Positions 52,983-61,298 of a DNA stretch of 64,000 nt are shown here, piece by piece. The stretch comes from an uncultured Gammaproteobacteria bacterium (GTDB taxonomy: Bacteria > Pseudomonadota > Gammaproteobacteria > Arenicellales > CAJQKF01): contig CAYGJZ010000002.1 of NCBI GenBank assembly GCA_964350265.1, positions 41,007 through 105,006 of the forward strand, in the 5' to 3' direction. Every line of letters starts with the position of its first letter. Position 1 is the first letter of the stretch. The notes beneath the pieces are model-generated. The model was not told where the DNA came from. It worked only from the letters and a program-made list of their open reading frames with translations, and made no database searches. A program made the position numbers and the translations under genes.

Positions 52983-54094
52983 TGGATCAGCGCATCGCGC
53001 TCGGTCGCGCTCAGCTCGACGTGGTAGAAGGTGCGGTAGAAATCCTCGGTGGCGGCGGCGAGATCGAGGGGAAAGTGGGCCGGGTAGAACAGGTTGGCCA
53101 GCCAGCGCAGGCCGATCACGCGGTTGATCGAGGGTGGCCGGTCGATCCAGCCGAAGGGTGCCACGGGTGCGAGGTAGACGCGCCCACGACGCACCGCCTC
53201 GATGTCCTGCCACAGCGGGTCGTGCGACACCGCGTCGAAGAAGTGCTCGTCCCAGGTGATGATGGTGTCCGGGTTGGCGAGGATGATGTTCTCGATGGAA
53301 GAGCGCACCAGGCCCCGGCGGATGGTTTCCCCGCCCGGGTCGGCAACGTTGCGCCCGCCGGCACGCTCGATGATCTCGGTGTTGATGGAACCTGCCAGGC
53401 CGGTCTCGAGACCGTCCGGTCCCCGCGCCAGGTAGACCCGTGGCCTGGCCTCCGGCGGAATCCCGGCGAGCACCCGGTCGAGATCCTGAAACAGCTGCTC
53501 GACTTCCCGCGCCAGTCGCTCGCCGCGTTGCCGGACGCCGAGCACCTCGCCGAGCAGGCGCAGCGCCGCCGGCGTGTGCTCGAAGCGACCATCGATGAGC
53601 AGGTAGGGAATGCCGGTCTGCTGCTGCACCCGGTCGGCCAGGGAGACGTAGGTGTCGGCGGTGGAGCCGAAGTCCAGCACCAGGTCGGGCCGTTCCTGGA
53701 CCAGTCGCTCGAGACTGGCGGTGCCGCCACGGCCGGTCAGCCGGCCAGTGGCGGGCAGGTCCCGCCAGGGAGCGGCGAGGTAGGCGCGTTCGTCGGCACG
53801 GGGCTCCCTGGGCCAGCCCGCGAGGGTGTCGGGGGCCAGCACGTAGAGGGCGATGGCCGCCGGCGGACCGGCGGCGAACACCCGGTCGACGTGCTCGGGC
53901 ACGTTGACCGCGCGGCCGGCGGAGTCGGTGACGACGCGCGCGTCGGCCGCGGTGGCGAAGGCCGCCGCCAGCGCCAGCAGCACCGTCGGCAGGCGCCGGG
54001 CGCGGGCGGGGGGCTTCGGACCCACCCCCCGGGCACGCCGCGACCGGGTGTCGGGTCGCGCTGCCCGGTGCCCCGTTGCCTGGCGGTCAGTCAA
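52955..54094 (-). CDS. Periplasmic binding protein, class III (FecB/BtuF-like)
   Basis: The signal-like segment reads RRLPTVLLALAAAFATAADA. The family pattern is PDLVLDFG...YLARGPDGLETG...NPDTIITW. The start is TTG and overlaps the ModA-like stop by 8 nt. Confidence 0.75.
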   Translation of the reverse strand: MTDRQATGHRAARPDTRSRRARGVGPKPPARARRLPTVLLALAAAFATAADARVVTDSAGRAVNVPEHVDRVFAAGPPAAIALYVLAPDTLAGWPREPRADERAYLAAPWRDLPATGRLTGRGGTASLERLVQERPDLVLDFGSTADTYVSLADRVQQQTGIPYLLIDGRFEHTPAALRLLGEVLGVRQRGERLAREVEQLFQDLDRVLAGIPPEARPRVYLARGPDGLETGLAGSINTEIIERAGGRNVADPGGETIRRGLVRSSIENIILANPDTIITWDEHFFDAVSHDPLWQDIEAVRRGRVYLAPVAPFGWIDRPPSINRVIGLRWLANLFYPAHFPLDLAAATEDFYRTFYHVELSATERDALIQWANRQPGE

Positions 54095-54944
54095 GCGCGC
54101 CGGCGGCGTCGAAGCCGTAGCCGGCGAGAATCTCCTGGCCGGCCGGGGAGAGAATGAACCAGGCCAGGTGCCAGGCGTCGCGCTGGTCCTCGTCGAGGAC
54201 CAGCAGGCCGTAGTCGGCGCCGACCCCGAGTGCTGGCGGGATGGCCACCACCTGCAGGGAGGTTTCCTCGCGACTGGCCAGCACCGCGTTGGTGCAGTAG
54301 GTCAGGAAGACGTCGGCCTTGCCTTCGCTCATCACCCAGGCATAGGGATTGCGTCCCTCCGGGGGCGGCGCTGAATCCGGCCCGCCGGTGAGTTGCAGCG
54401 CCTTCTCCTTGAGGATGACGTCAGCGCCTTGCCGCAGTCCGCCAGCCTTGTCGAACAGCTGCCAGGCATAGTCGCCGGACGGGTCGGCCTTCGGTGTCGA
54501 CGTGCCCACGCGCACCTGCGGGTCGAGCAGCACGTCGAGCATGCCGTCAGTGTCGATGGCCAGCGACGGCGAGGCCAGCGCGCACAGGCGGTTGCGGGCG
54601 AAACGCACCACTGGCCCGATGTCCCGCGCCGAGGCCAGGGTCTCGGGGTGCTTCATGTTGGCCGAGGCAAAGACCTGCGCCGCCTCGCCCTGCTCGATGC
54701 GACCGCGCAGCAGGCCGGAGGGACCGAACGTGGTCGCTACCTCGGTCTCATAGCGTTCGGCATACCGCCGGGCGACATCGCCAAGGGCGGCCTTGAGGCT
54801 GCCGGCCGCGTACAGGGAAACGGGTTCATCGGCATGGGCCATGGTCACGCTCCCGCCGGCGCCGGCCAGCAGCAGGCAGAGAAGGAGCAGCCCGCGACGG
54901 GGCCGGCGGAAGGGTTTCGGGGACGCAGAAAGGTCGTGAGACAA
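54087..54944 (-). CDS. ModA-like (molybdate/tungstate-type, class II) periplasmic binding protein
   Basis: The core reads LYAAGSLKAALGDVARRY...TFGPSGLL...ASANMKHP...DVFLTYCTNA. The signal segment reads GLLLLCLLLAGAGG. The start is TTG 54944, after AGGAAA. Confidence 0.7.
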   Translation of the reverse strand: MSHDLSASPKPFRRPRRGLLLLCLLLAGAGGSVTMAHADEPVSLYAAGSLKAALGDVARRYAERYETEVATTFGPSGLLRGRIEQGEAAQVFASANMKHPETLASARDIGPVVRFARNRLCALASPSLAIDTDGMLDVLLDPQVRVGTSTPKADPSGDYAWQLFDKAGGLRQGADVILKEKALQLTGGPDSAPPPEGRNPYAWVMSEGKADVFLTYCTNAVLASREETSLQVVAIPPALGVGADYGLLVLDEDQRDAWHLAWFILSPAGQEILAGYGFDAAGALD

Positions 54945-55025
54945 TGTTTTTTCCTGTGTAATGAACGCAATATGGGAAATAATGCGTAAAAACGACAGCA
55001 AAAACAAGCGCTCTCCTTCGGATTG

Positions 55026-55724
55026 CTAGCGCAGGCGAACCTCGTCGTCCCCCAGCCCGGCCGCCCAGCTCGCCGCCCGTCGCAGCAGGCGGCCGTGGAC
55101 GGGATGATCGAGGGAGGCGGCGTCGTGACCGAGGGCATCGAATACCACCCGTCCCTGGCCGAAGCGATGGGTCCACAGCACGGGCTCTTCGCCGTTCCCG
55201 ACAGCGGCGGTGAGCAGCGGCTGGATGCCCGGTGCCAGGTCGAGGGCGCTGTAGACCTCGTCGACGATGTCGAACGGGGGCAGGTCGTCGACCAGCACGT
55301 GCTCCGCCACGGCACGTACGCGCACCATGGCCGGCGGTGGATGGTGGGAGCGGCCCCACTGCCAGCGGCCGCCGAGCAGGTCGCGCCAGCCCGGCCAGTC
55401 GTCGAAGCACAGGCAGGCGGTATGAATGCCCAGCAGTCCGCCGCCGGCGTGCACGTGGCTGGACAGGGTCCGCTGGCAGTCGGCGGGCATGCTGAAGGCA
55501 TGCTGCTCGCGGTAGGGGGCGTACTTCGGGTGATTGTCCATCGGCCAGCGCAAGGCCATCACCGCGACCAGTTCAACGGGTTCGCGTGCAAGTTGACGGA
55601 TGCCGGCGGCAAGGTCGGTGGTGACCTGTACCTGGAAGCCCGCCGCCGCCAACTGTGCTTCCACCCGTGGCGTATTGCCCGCGAAGTCATGCCGGATACC
55701 GCCGCTGAGCAACAGTGCGCGCAT
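55026..55724 (-). CDS. ThuA-domain (class I glutamine-amidotransferase-like fold) protein
   Basis: The ThuA-type pattern reads MRALLLSGGIRHDF...GGGLLGIHTA...W...FGQGRVVFDALGHD. Confidence 0.7.
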   Translation of the reverse strand: MRALLLSGGIRHDFAGNTPRVEAQLAAAGFQVQVTTDLAAGIRQLAREPVELVAVMALRWPMDNHPKYAPYREQHAFSMPADCQRTLSSHVHAGGGLLGIHTACLCFDDWPGWRDLLGGRWQWGRSHHPPPAMVRVRAVAEHVLVDDLPPFDIVDEVYSALDLAPGIQPLLTAAVGNGEEPVLWTHRFGQGRVVFDALGHDAASLDHPVHGRLLRRAASWAAGLGDDEVRLR

Positions 55725-55773
55725 CGCTAGTGTCCCGTGCCGGGGTGCTGTTCGCCGTCCGCGACGGGTGACA

Positions 55774-56586
55774 TCAGCGTTCGGCCTCGCTGGGTGCCTT
55801 GCGCGGCATCTGCTTCTTCAGGCTGCAGAACACACCGCCGTCCACCACCAGGTGCTGGCCATGAATGTAGCCGGCTTCCTCGGAGACCAGGAACGAGACG
55901 GCGGCGGCAACGTCCTCGGCGTTGCCGATGCGCCCGGCGGGAACGCTGGCCTCGCGCTGGGCAAGGGCGTCGCCCTCGGCGTAGATGGGCGCGGACATTC
56001 CGGCGTTGATGAAGCCCGGTGCCACTGCGTTCACGCGGATGCCCCGTGGTGCCAGCGACAACACCATCTGCTCGGTGAGCTTGGCCAGCGCCGCCTTGGT
56101 CGCCGGGTAGGCGCCGGCGTCTGCGCTGGGTGCGAGCGCGTTCAGCGACGTGATGTTGACGATGGCGCCGTCGCCACGCGCCGCCATGCGTCGAGCCACC
56201 GCACGGGAGACGATGAAGGCGCCGACCAGGTTCACTTCCACCACGGCGCGGAAGTCGGCGACTTCGTGATCCAGCAGGTCGCCGAAGCGCACCAGGCCGG
56301 CATTGTTGACCAGCACGGAGGGCGCCTGTCCGAGTTCGTCGACGATCCGTTCAAGCGCTTCGTCCACCGACGCCTCGTCGGTGATGTCGCAGGCATAGCC
56401 ATGGGCATGATCGACAGCGGATGCCGCTTCGGCCACCCGCGCGGCATCGATATCGAGCAGGGCCACGCAGTAGCCGTCCCCGGCAAGGCGACGACCGATG
56501 GCCAGGCCGAGTCCGCCGGCCGCGCCGGTTACCAGTGCAACCGGTCGTTCCGGGTTCGCGTTGCGGCGGTGTCGCGGGGCGTTCAA
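55774..56586 (-). CDS. Classical SDR oxidoreductase
   Basis: Characteristic blocks are VTGAAGGLG, NNAG, NITSLNA and YPATK. The start is TTG and overlaps the cupin stop (TTGA). Confidence 0.9.
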   Translation of the reverse strand: MNAPRHRRNANPERPVALVTGAAGGLGLAIGRRLAGDGYCVALLDIDAARVAEAASAVDHAHGYACDITDEASVDEALERIVDELGQAPSVLVNNAGLVRFGDLLDHEVADFRAVVEVNLVGAFIVSRAVARRMAARGDGAIVNITSLNALAPSADAGAYPATKAALAKLTEQMVLSLAPRGIRVNAVAPGFINAGMSAPIYAEGDALAQREASVPAGRIGNAEDVAAAVSFLVSEEAGYIHGQHLVVDGGVFCSLKKQMPRKAPSEAER

Positions 56587-57137
56587 TGTCGATTCGCCGG
56601 GCGACGGGAAACGCAGGTGCCGGCCTGTGGATCGTAGTAGAGGCGCTCTTCCTTGTAGGCACCGTTGACGATGGTGATGCCGAGGCTTCCCGGCTCCAGC
56701 GATGCGAAGCCGTGGATGTCCATGGGTGGTGCCACGATGGCCATGTCCCCGGCCTGCAGTTCTTCATCCGACACCGTGTGCAGGGCTGCACGGCCAGGCA
56801 GTTCGCCGTCGTCCGTGCGCTGCCAGACACGGTGGCGGACCCGTCCACGGTAGACGCAGAAGGCTTCCCAGACACCGTGGTCATGGGGGGGGATGGGTGC
56901 GTCGTCGGGTACCTCGAACAACAGGATCGACAGCTGACCGTCGAAGTAGAGGAACCAGGAATTGGCCACGTTGTTGCCCTGGCGCGGGACGCCGAGCATT
57001 GCCAGGTCGTCCCGTTGCAGCAGGCGCCCGACCGGTTGGTGCACGGCGCTGCGAAAGTGTTCAGGATCGCTTGCCGCCATTGCCGAGGCGTCGATGATGG
57101 CCTGTGCGCAGTCGCGCACGGTGATCGGGTTGGTCAT
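56583..57137 (-). CDS. Cysteine-dioxygenase-like cupin (stand-alone)
   Basis: The motifs PPHDHGVW...DIHGF match the cupin half of the 21897-24098 protein (PPHNHTTW...DFHTI). The start is ATG 57137, with no Shine-Dalgarno of its own. Confidence 0.75.
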   Translation of the reverse strand: MTNPITVRDCAQAIIDASAMAASDPEHFRSAVHQPVGRLLQRDDLAMLGVPRQGNNVANSWFLYFDGQLSILLFEVPDDAPIPPHDHGVWEAFCVYRGRVRHRVWQRTDDGELPGRAALHTVSDEELQAGDMAIVAPPMDIHGFASLEPGSLGITIVNGAYKEERLYYDPQAGTCVSRRPANRH

Positions 57138-57241
57138 GGTCGTGGCCCGGGAATTCGTGTGAGGCGCATCGGCCGGCAGATCGTTGCCTGGCAGCCGAAG
57201 TCGGGGGTGCAGGTGTCTTTGACGCATGCGATGCGAATCAT
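57134..57241 (-). CDS. Candidate 35-codon Cys-rich mini-ORF (speculative)
   Basis: The product is MIRIACVKDTCTPDFGCQATICRPMRLTRIPGPRP. AAGGAGG lies 10 nt upstream of the ATG. The stop overlaps the cupin start as ATGA. The first 27 codons have high GC3. The same AT-rich patch could instead simply be -10 boxes of divergent promoters. Confidence 0.25.
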   Translation of the reverse strand: MIRIACVKDTCTPDFGCQATICRPMRLTRIPGPRP

Positions 57242-57280
57242 AATAATGTCGCCTCCTTGAACGGGCAACCAGGTAACGAG

Positions 57281-58294
57281 ATGACGGGAAATGGAACGGG
57301 TATCGGCGCGGCCGGTGTCATCGACGTGCATGCGCACGTGCGATTGAATTCGACTACCGGCGCCGCCGGGCGCTACGGGCCGGAGTTCGGTGAGGATGAA
57401 GATGGCACGCCCTGGTACCGCGTGGGCAACTTCAAGCTGGTCGGTGTCCGGCACAAGGCCAGCCCGTTCACCGACCCGGAACTTCGCACCCAGCGCATGG
57501 ATCTCGACGGTACCGATTTCCAGGTGTTGTCGCCGAGCCCGTTGACCTACTTTCATCACATCGATGTCAACGAGGCGGTGGCCTTCTGTCGACGCCACAA
57601 CGATGCCTGCGCTGAGCTCGTGGCACGCTATCCCCACCGGCTCGGTGGACTGGCGGCGTTGCCGATGCAGGACGTGCAGGCGGCGCGCGAGGAACTGCAT
57701 CGAGCGGTCACCGAGCTTGGCCTGTGGGGTGCTGCATTCGGCACCGAGTTCGGCGAGCCCCTGCACAGCGAGCGACTGGATCCCCTGTACGAGTCCTTCG
57801 TCGAGCTCGACGTGCCGATGTTCCTGCACCCGGCGCCGTCCGGCATCGATGGACCGCCGGGTGATCCCAACCTGAAGCGGTTCGACCTCGACGTCATCAT
57901 CGGCTTCGCGGCACAGGAATCCATCGCGGTGGCGACGTTGATCTTCGGCGGCGTGCTGGACCGGCACCCGGATCTCGACATCTGGATCAGTCATGGCGGT
58001 GGTGGCATCCCGATGCTGGCCGGGCGACTGGCGCAGGCAGCGCAGAAGAGACCCTGGGCCAGCGAGTCGATCCGCAAGGATGGCGCGTTCGAGGAGGCGC
58101 TGACCCGCTTGTGGTACGACGCCCATGTCACCGATGACTCGGCACTGTCGCTGCTGCGCCGCTGGGTCGGCAACGACCGCATCGTCTACGGGACCAACTT
58201 TGCTGGCTGGGATGCCCCGGAAGAGGGCGGTCACGGCGCGATCGACCCGGCCTGGGCGGACAACGCGCGGCGCCTGCTGCGCCGGGTAGGCTAG
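57281..58294 (+). CDS. Amidohydrolase_2 (ACMSD-like) family decarboxylase/hydrolase
   Basis: Characteristic blocks are VIDVHAHV, PMFLHP, ISHGGG and YGTNFAGWD. I chose ATG 57281 as the start. The ORF-track TTG is at 57257. Confidence 0.8.
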   Translation: MTGNGTGIGAAGVIDVHAHVRLNSTTGAAGRYGPEFGEDEDGTPWYRVGNFKLVGVRHKASPFTDPELRTQRMDLDGTDFQVLSPSPLTYFHHIDVNEAVAFCRRHNDACAELVARYPHRLGGLAALPMQDVQAAREELHRAVTELGLWGAAFGTEFGEPLHSERLDPLYESFVELDVPMFLHPAPSGIDGPPGDPNLKRFDLDVIIGFAAQESIAVATLIFGGVLDRHPDLDIWISHGGGGIPMLAGRLAQAAQKRPWASESIRKDGAFEEALTRLWYDAHVTDDSALSLLRRWVGNDRIVYGTNFAGWDAPEEGGHGAIDPAWADNARRLLRRVG

Positions 58295-58338
58295 GCGGCG
58301 CCGGGATGTCGTTGGCCATGCGCCGAGAGCCGGCGTCG

Positions 58339-59145
58339 TCAATCGTCGTCGGGCGCAGCCCGCGATGCGGGCACGCCACCGAACTGGCTCCAGGTGGAGG
58401 CCACCTGCCAGCCGGCGTCCACCACCAGGTTGACACCGGTAATGGCGGATGCGCGGGCGGAGGCGAGGAACTCGATGGCCTCGGCCACTTCGTTCGGCTG
58501 GACAATGCGACCCAGCGCGGTGAAATCCCCGGGGTGTGCCGCGTATCGACCCGAGGCAAGCCGCTGTTCCACCCGGGGGACCAGCGTGGACCCGGGAGAC
58601 ACCACGTTCACCCGCACACCGGATCGACCCCATTCCCCGGCAAGGTTGCGACTCAACGAGACGACACCGGTCTTCGCGGTGGCATAGCCCTGCGCCGGCA
58701 TCGAGCCGAGCGCGGCAATGGACGCGACATTGACGATGCTGCCCCGGCCACGCCGCACCATGGCGCCGCCGAAAACCCGGTTGGCGAGAAAGGTGCCGGT
58801 CAGGTTGACGCGCACGATGTGCTCCCACGCGGACAGTGGCAGGTTCTCCGCGGGCGCCAGGTCCTGGAACACGGCGGCGGCGACCACCAGCGCATCGGGG
58901 CATCCCGCGGTATCGAAGACCTGGCGTGCGCCTGCTTCGACATCGGCCTCGTCGGCGATGTCCATGGCCAGCGCCATGCCGTCGACGTCGCGGGCGACCC
59001 GGGTCGCGGCCTGGCCGTCGATATCCGCCACCGCGAGTCGCCAACCCCGTTCCCGCATCAGTCGACAGCTCGCTTCGCCGATCCCGTTGCCGCCGCCGAT
59101 CACCACGCACAGCGGCGTTGCACGGCCGTTCGCCTGGTCCGTCAC
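58339..59145 (-). CDS. Classical SDR oxidoreductase
   Basis: Characteristic blocks are VIGGGNGIG, NVASIAA and GYATAK. The start is GTG 59145. The rest of the 544-aa ORF-track frame is Arg/Pro-rich shadow. Confidence 0.85.
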   Translation of the reverse strand: MTDQANGRATPLCVVIGGGNGIGEASCRLMRERGWRLAVADIDGQAATRVARDVDGMALAMDIADEADVEAGARQVFDTAGCPDALVVAAAVFQDLAPAENLPLSAWEHIVRVNLTGTFLANRVFGGAMVRRGRGSIVNVASIAALGSMPAQGYATAKTGVVSLSRNLAGEWGRSGVRVNVVSPGSTLVPRVEQRLASGRYAAHPGDFTALGRIVQPNEVAEAIEFLASARASAITGVNLVVDAGWQVASTWSQFGGVPASRAAPDDD

Positions 59146-59204
59146 GGCGATGCTCGTCGGCCAGGGTGCGCGCGCGCGGCGTCGGCCGCGGATCGATTCC
59201 GGAG

Positions 59205-60044
59205 ATGCCGATGATGCCTCCCCGCCCGCTGTCGCTGTCCTACTACACGGTGCCCGAACTCGACGCCCTGGAATGCGTTTCCGTTGCCGCCGGCGCCGGC
59301 TTTCGATTCGTCGGCCTGCGCCTGCTCGGCGGTGCGCCGGGCGGCAGCGAATTGCCGTTGATGACCGATGCCGGGCTGCGCAGGAGAATGCGCGACACGC
59401 TCCGGGAACACGGCGTCGAAGCCCTGGACGCGAACACCATTCGACTGGTTGCCGACTCCCACCCGGCGGATTTCCTGCCGATGCTCGATGTTGCCGCGGA
59501 ACTCGGCGCACGCCACGTGCTGACGACCTGCGACGATGCGGACAACGCGCGTCGCGTGGAACGGCTCGCACTGCTGGCCGGCCATGCCGGGGAACGAGGA
59601 CTGACACTGGATATCGAGTTCGTGCCCTGGCAGGCCACCCGAGACCTTGCCGCCGCCGCGGCGCTGGTGCGCGAGGTGGATCACCCCGCGCTCGGGATCG
59701 CGGTGGACGCCCTGCACCTGTACCGGTCCGGCAGCGATCCTGCGCTGCTTGCCGAATTGCCCGGTGCCTGGTTCCGCTACCTGCAACTGTGCGACGCCCC
59801 GGCGCGGGCTGCGGCGCCGACCCGGGAGGAACTCGTCGAGGAAGCGGTGCGCGAACGTCTCGCTCCCGGGGACGGGGACATCGATCTTGCAGCCATCCTC
59901 GCCGCGCTGCCGACCGATCTGCCCATTGCGCTGGAGGTGCCGCAGGCGATGCTGGCACGACGGGTGGCGGCACCGGAGCGGGTCGCCCGGCTGGGCCGGG
60001 CCATGCGCGCGCTCCTCTCGAACGGGCAAGCGGGGCATGCCTGA
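59205..60044 (+). CDS. Xylose-isomerase-like TIM-barrel protein (sugar phosphate isomerase/epimerase family)
   Basis: The family pattern reads GFRFVGLRL...HGVEALDAN...LDIEFVPW...HLYRSG...LQLCD. The start is among ATG 59205, 59211 and 59214. Confidence 0.7.
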   Translation: MPMMPPRPLSLSYYTVPELDALECVSVAAGAGFRFVGLRLLGGAPGGSELPLMTDAGLRRRMRDTLREHGVEALDANTIRLVADSHPADFLPMLDVAAELGARHVLTTCDDADNARRVERLALLAGHAGERGLTLDIEFVPWQATRDLAAAAALVREVDHPALGIAVDALHLYRSGSDPALLAELPGAWFRYLQLCDAPARAAAPTREELVEEAVRERLAPGDGDIDLAAILAALPTDLPIALEVPQAMLARRVAAPERVARLGRAMRALLSNGQAGHA

Positions 60045-60058
60045 CGGGCCTCGCGCCA

Positions 60059-60952
60059 CTAGCCCTGCTCGACGCCTTCGCGTCCCTGGATGCAGACCCG
60101 TTTCATGACCCTTCGCTCGTTGCCCATGTCGTAGTTGCTGACCCCGCGGTGCATCAGGCAGCGATTGTCCCAGATCAGCACGTCGCCCATGCGCCAGTGA
60201 TGGGTATAGACGAACGGCGGCTGGGTGGATTGTTCCTGCAGCCGCGCCAGGCGGGTGCGCCCGTCCTCGACCGGCAGGCCCTCGATGTGCGAGGCATACA
60301 TGCCGATGTACAGGCAACTCCGACCGGTTTCCGGATGCCGCCGGACAATGGGATGCGACACCGGGGGTGCAGCCCTGCGCTGCGACTCGGTGGGCGGCGG
60401 GTTGTCGAGGCTGTCGCGCATGAATGCCAGGCTGTGGACGGCGCGCAGTCCGTCGATGCGGCTGCGGGTGATCTCCGGCAACGCGTCCAGGGCCAGGCCC
60501 ATGTGGGCAAGCTCGGTATCGCCGCCCCCGGCAGGCAGCTCGGCGGGATAGAGCAAGGTGGCCAGTGACGGCTTGGCGAGGTAGGACTTGTCCGAATGCC
60601 AGAAGTAGTTGGTGTTGATGTACGGGCGGGTCGACGGGGCACCGGATGCGTCAAAATTGTTGATCGTGTGCACCTTGGTCATGATGCGTCCGTCGTTGTT
60701 CTCGATGAGGTTTTCCTCGAGCGTGCCGAACAGTTCGCCCAGCGTGACCAGGTGATCGTCCTGCAACTGCTGGTCGCGGAACACCAGTGCGCCGTAGCGG
60801 AGAAAGGCGGCGCGGATCGTGTCGGCGGTGTGTGCATCGATCGGCCGCGCAAGATCGATCCTGTCCGTTTCCGCGCCGAATGCACGGTGCAAGGGTGAAA
60901 ACAGTTCGTCGAGGGCGGGAGCGGGGTCGCTGCCGGGAGCAGATTGATTCAT
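60059..60952 (-). CDS. TauD/TfdA-family Fe(II)/2-oxoglutarate dioxygenase
   Basis: The HxD motif is WHSDKSY. Other blocks are TELAHM, HPIVRRHPETG and WDNRCLMHR. Confidence 0.9.
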   Translation of the reverse strand: MNQSAPGSDPAPALDELFSPLHRAFGAETDRIDLARPIDAHTADTIRAAFLRYGALVFRDQQLQDDHLVTLGELFGTLEENLIENNDGRIMTKVHTINNFDASGAPSTRPYINTNYFWHSDKSYLAKPSLATLLYPAELPAGGGDTELAHMGLALDALPEITRSRIDGLRAVHSLAFMRDSLDNPPPTESQRRAAPPVSHPIVRRHPETGRSCLYIGMYASHIEGLPVEDGRTRLARLQEQSTQPPFVYTHHWRMGDVLIWDNRCLMHRGVSNYDMGNERRVMKRVCIQGREGVEQG

Positions 60953-60956
60953 CAGA

Positions 60957-60986
60957 AGTTATGCTCGCCTAAAAAATAGTTATGCT
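60957..60986. repeat. Direct repeat AGTTATGCT x2, 21 bp apart, abutting the TauD-family start codon
   Basis: The copies are at 60957-60965 and 60978-60986 and are separated by an A-tract. They lie 5-35 nt upstream of the minus-strand ATG. Confidence 0.35.
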
Positions 60987-61022
60987 GAGGCGTGTCGCAA
61001 GCAAGTGACTGACCCAACTATT

Positions 61023-61072
61023 GTCATGTTTATCAACGAATCCCGGCATAACATGACGAGTGTTGACATGAA
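61023..61072. promoter_or_regulatory. ACATG-core sites: GTCATGTT-N19-AACATGAC inverted repeat plus TTGACATGAA
   Basis: The 8-bp arms are at 61023-61030 and 61050-61057. A third related site is at 61063-61072. The core resembles the TAACATGTTA family at 7-22 kb. Confidence 0.35.
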
Positions 61073-61091
61073 TCTAGTTTGCATCATAATC

Positions 61092-61106
61092 GATTATAGA
61101 ATCAAC
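61092..61106 (+). repeat. AT-rich module GATTATAGAATCAAC, near-identical to 26713-26726
   Basis: See 26713-26726. It is preceded by the 12-bp perfect palindrome ATAATCGATTAT (61086-61097). Confidence 0.4.
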
Positions 61107-61298
61107 GAACGGTCAACTGGAGTCGGTCGGAACCTTTGACCCGTTTGCAAAGCGGTACCGGAACGAGTTCCTAATCTTCCCTTCGTGGTTCGCGCGTCGT
61201 CGCCTTGAACGAAGCGCGCAATGACTCTGCAACGTGCTTACATTCATCGTTGCCAGGTCGCATACAAAGTCATAACCAAAGTAACCAGGAGTGAAGGC

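Noticed and set aside
54945-55025. Possible cobalamin riboswitch upstream of the FecCD/BtuF-like transporter operon.
   Set aside because: Only about 80 nt of leader is available and no B12-box-like sequence is seen. That is too short for the riboswitch.
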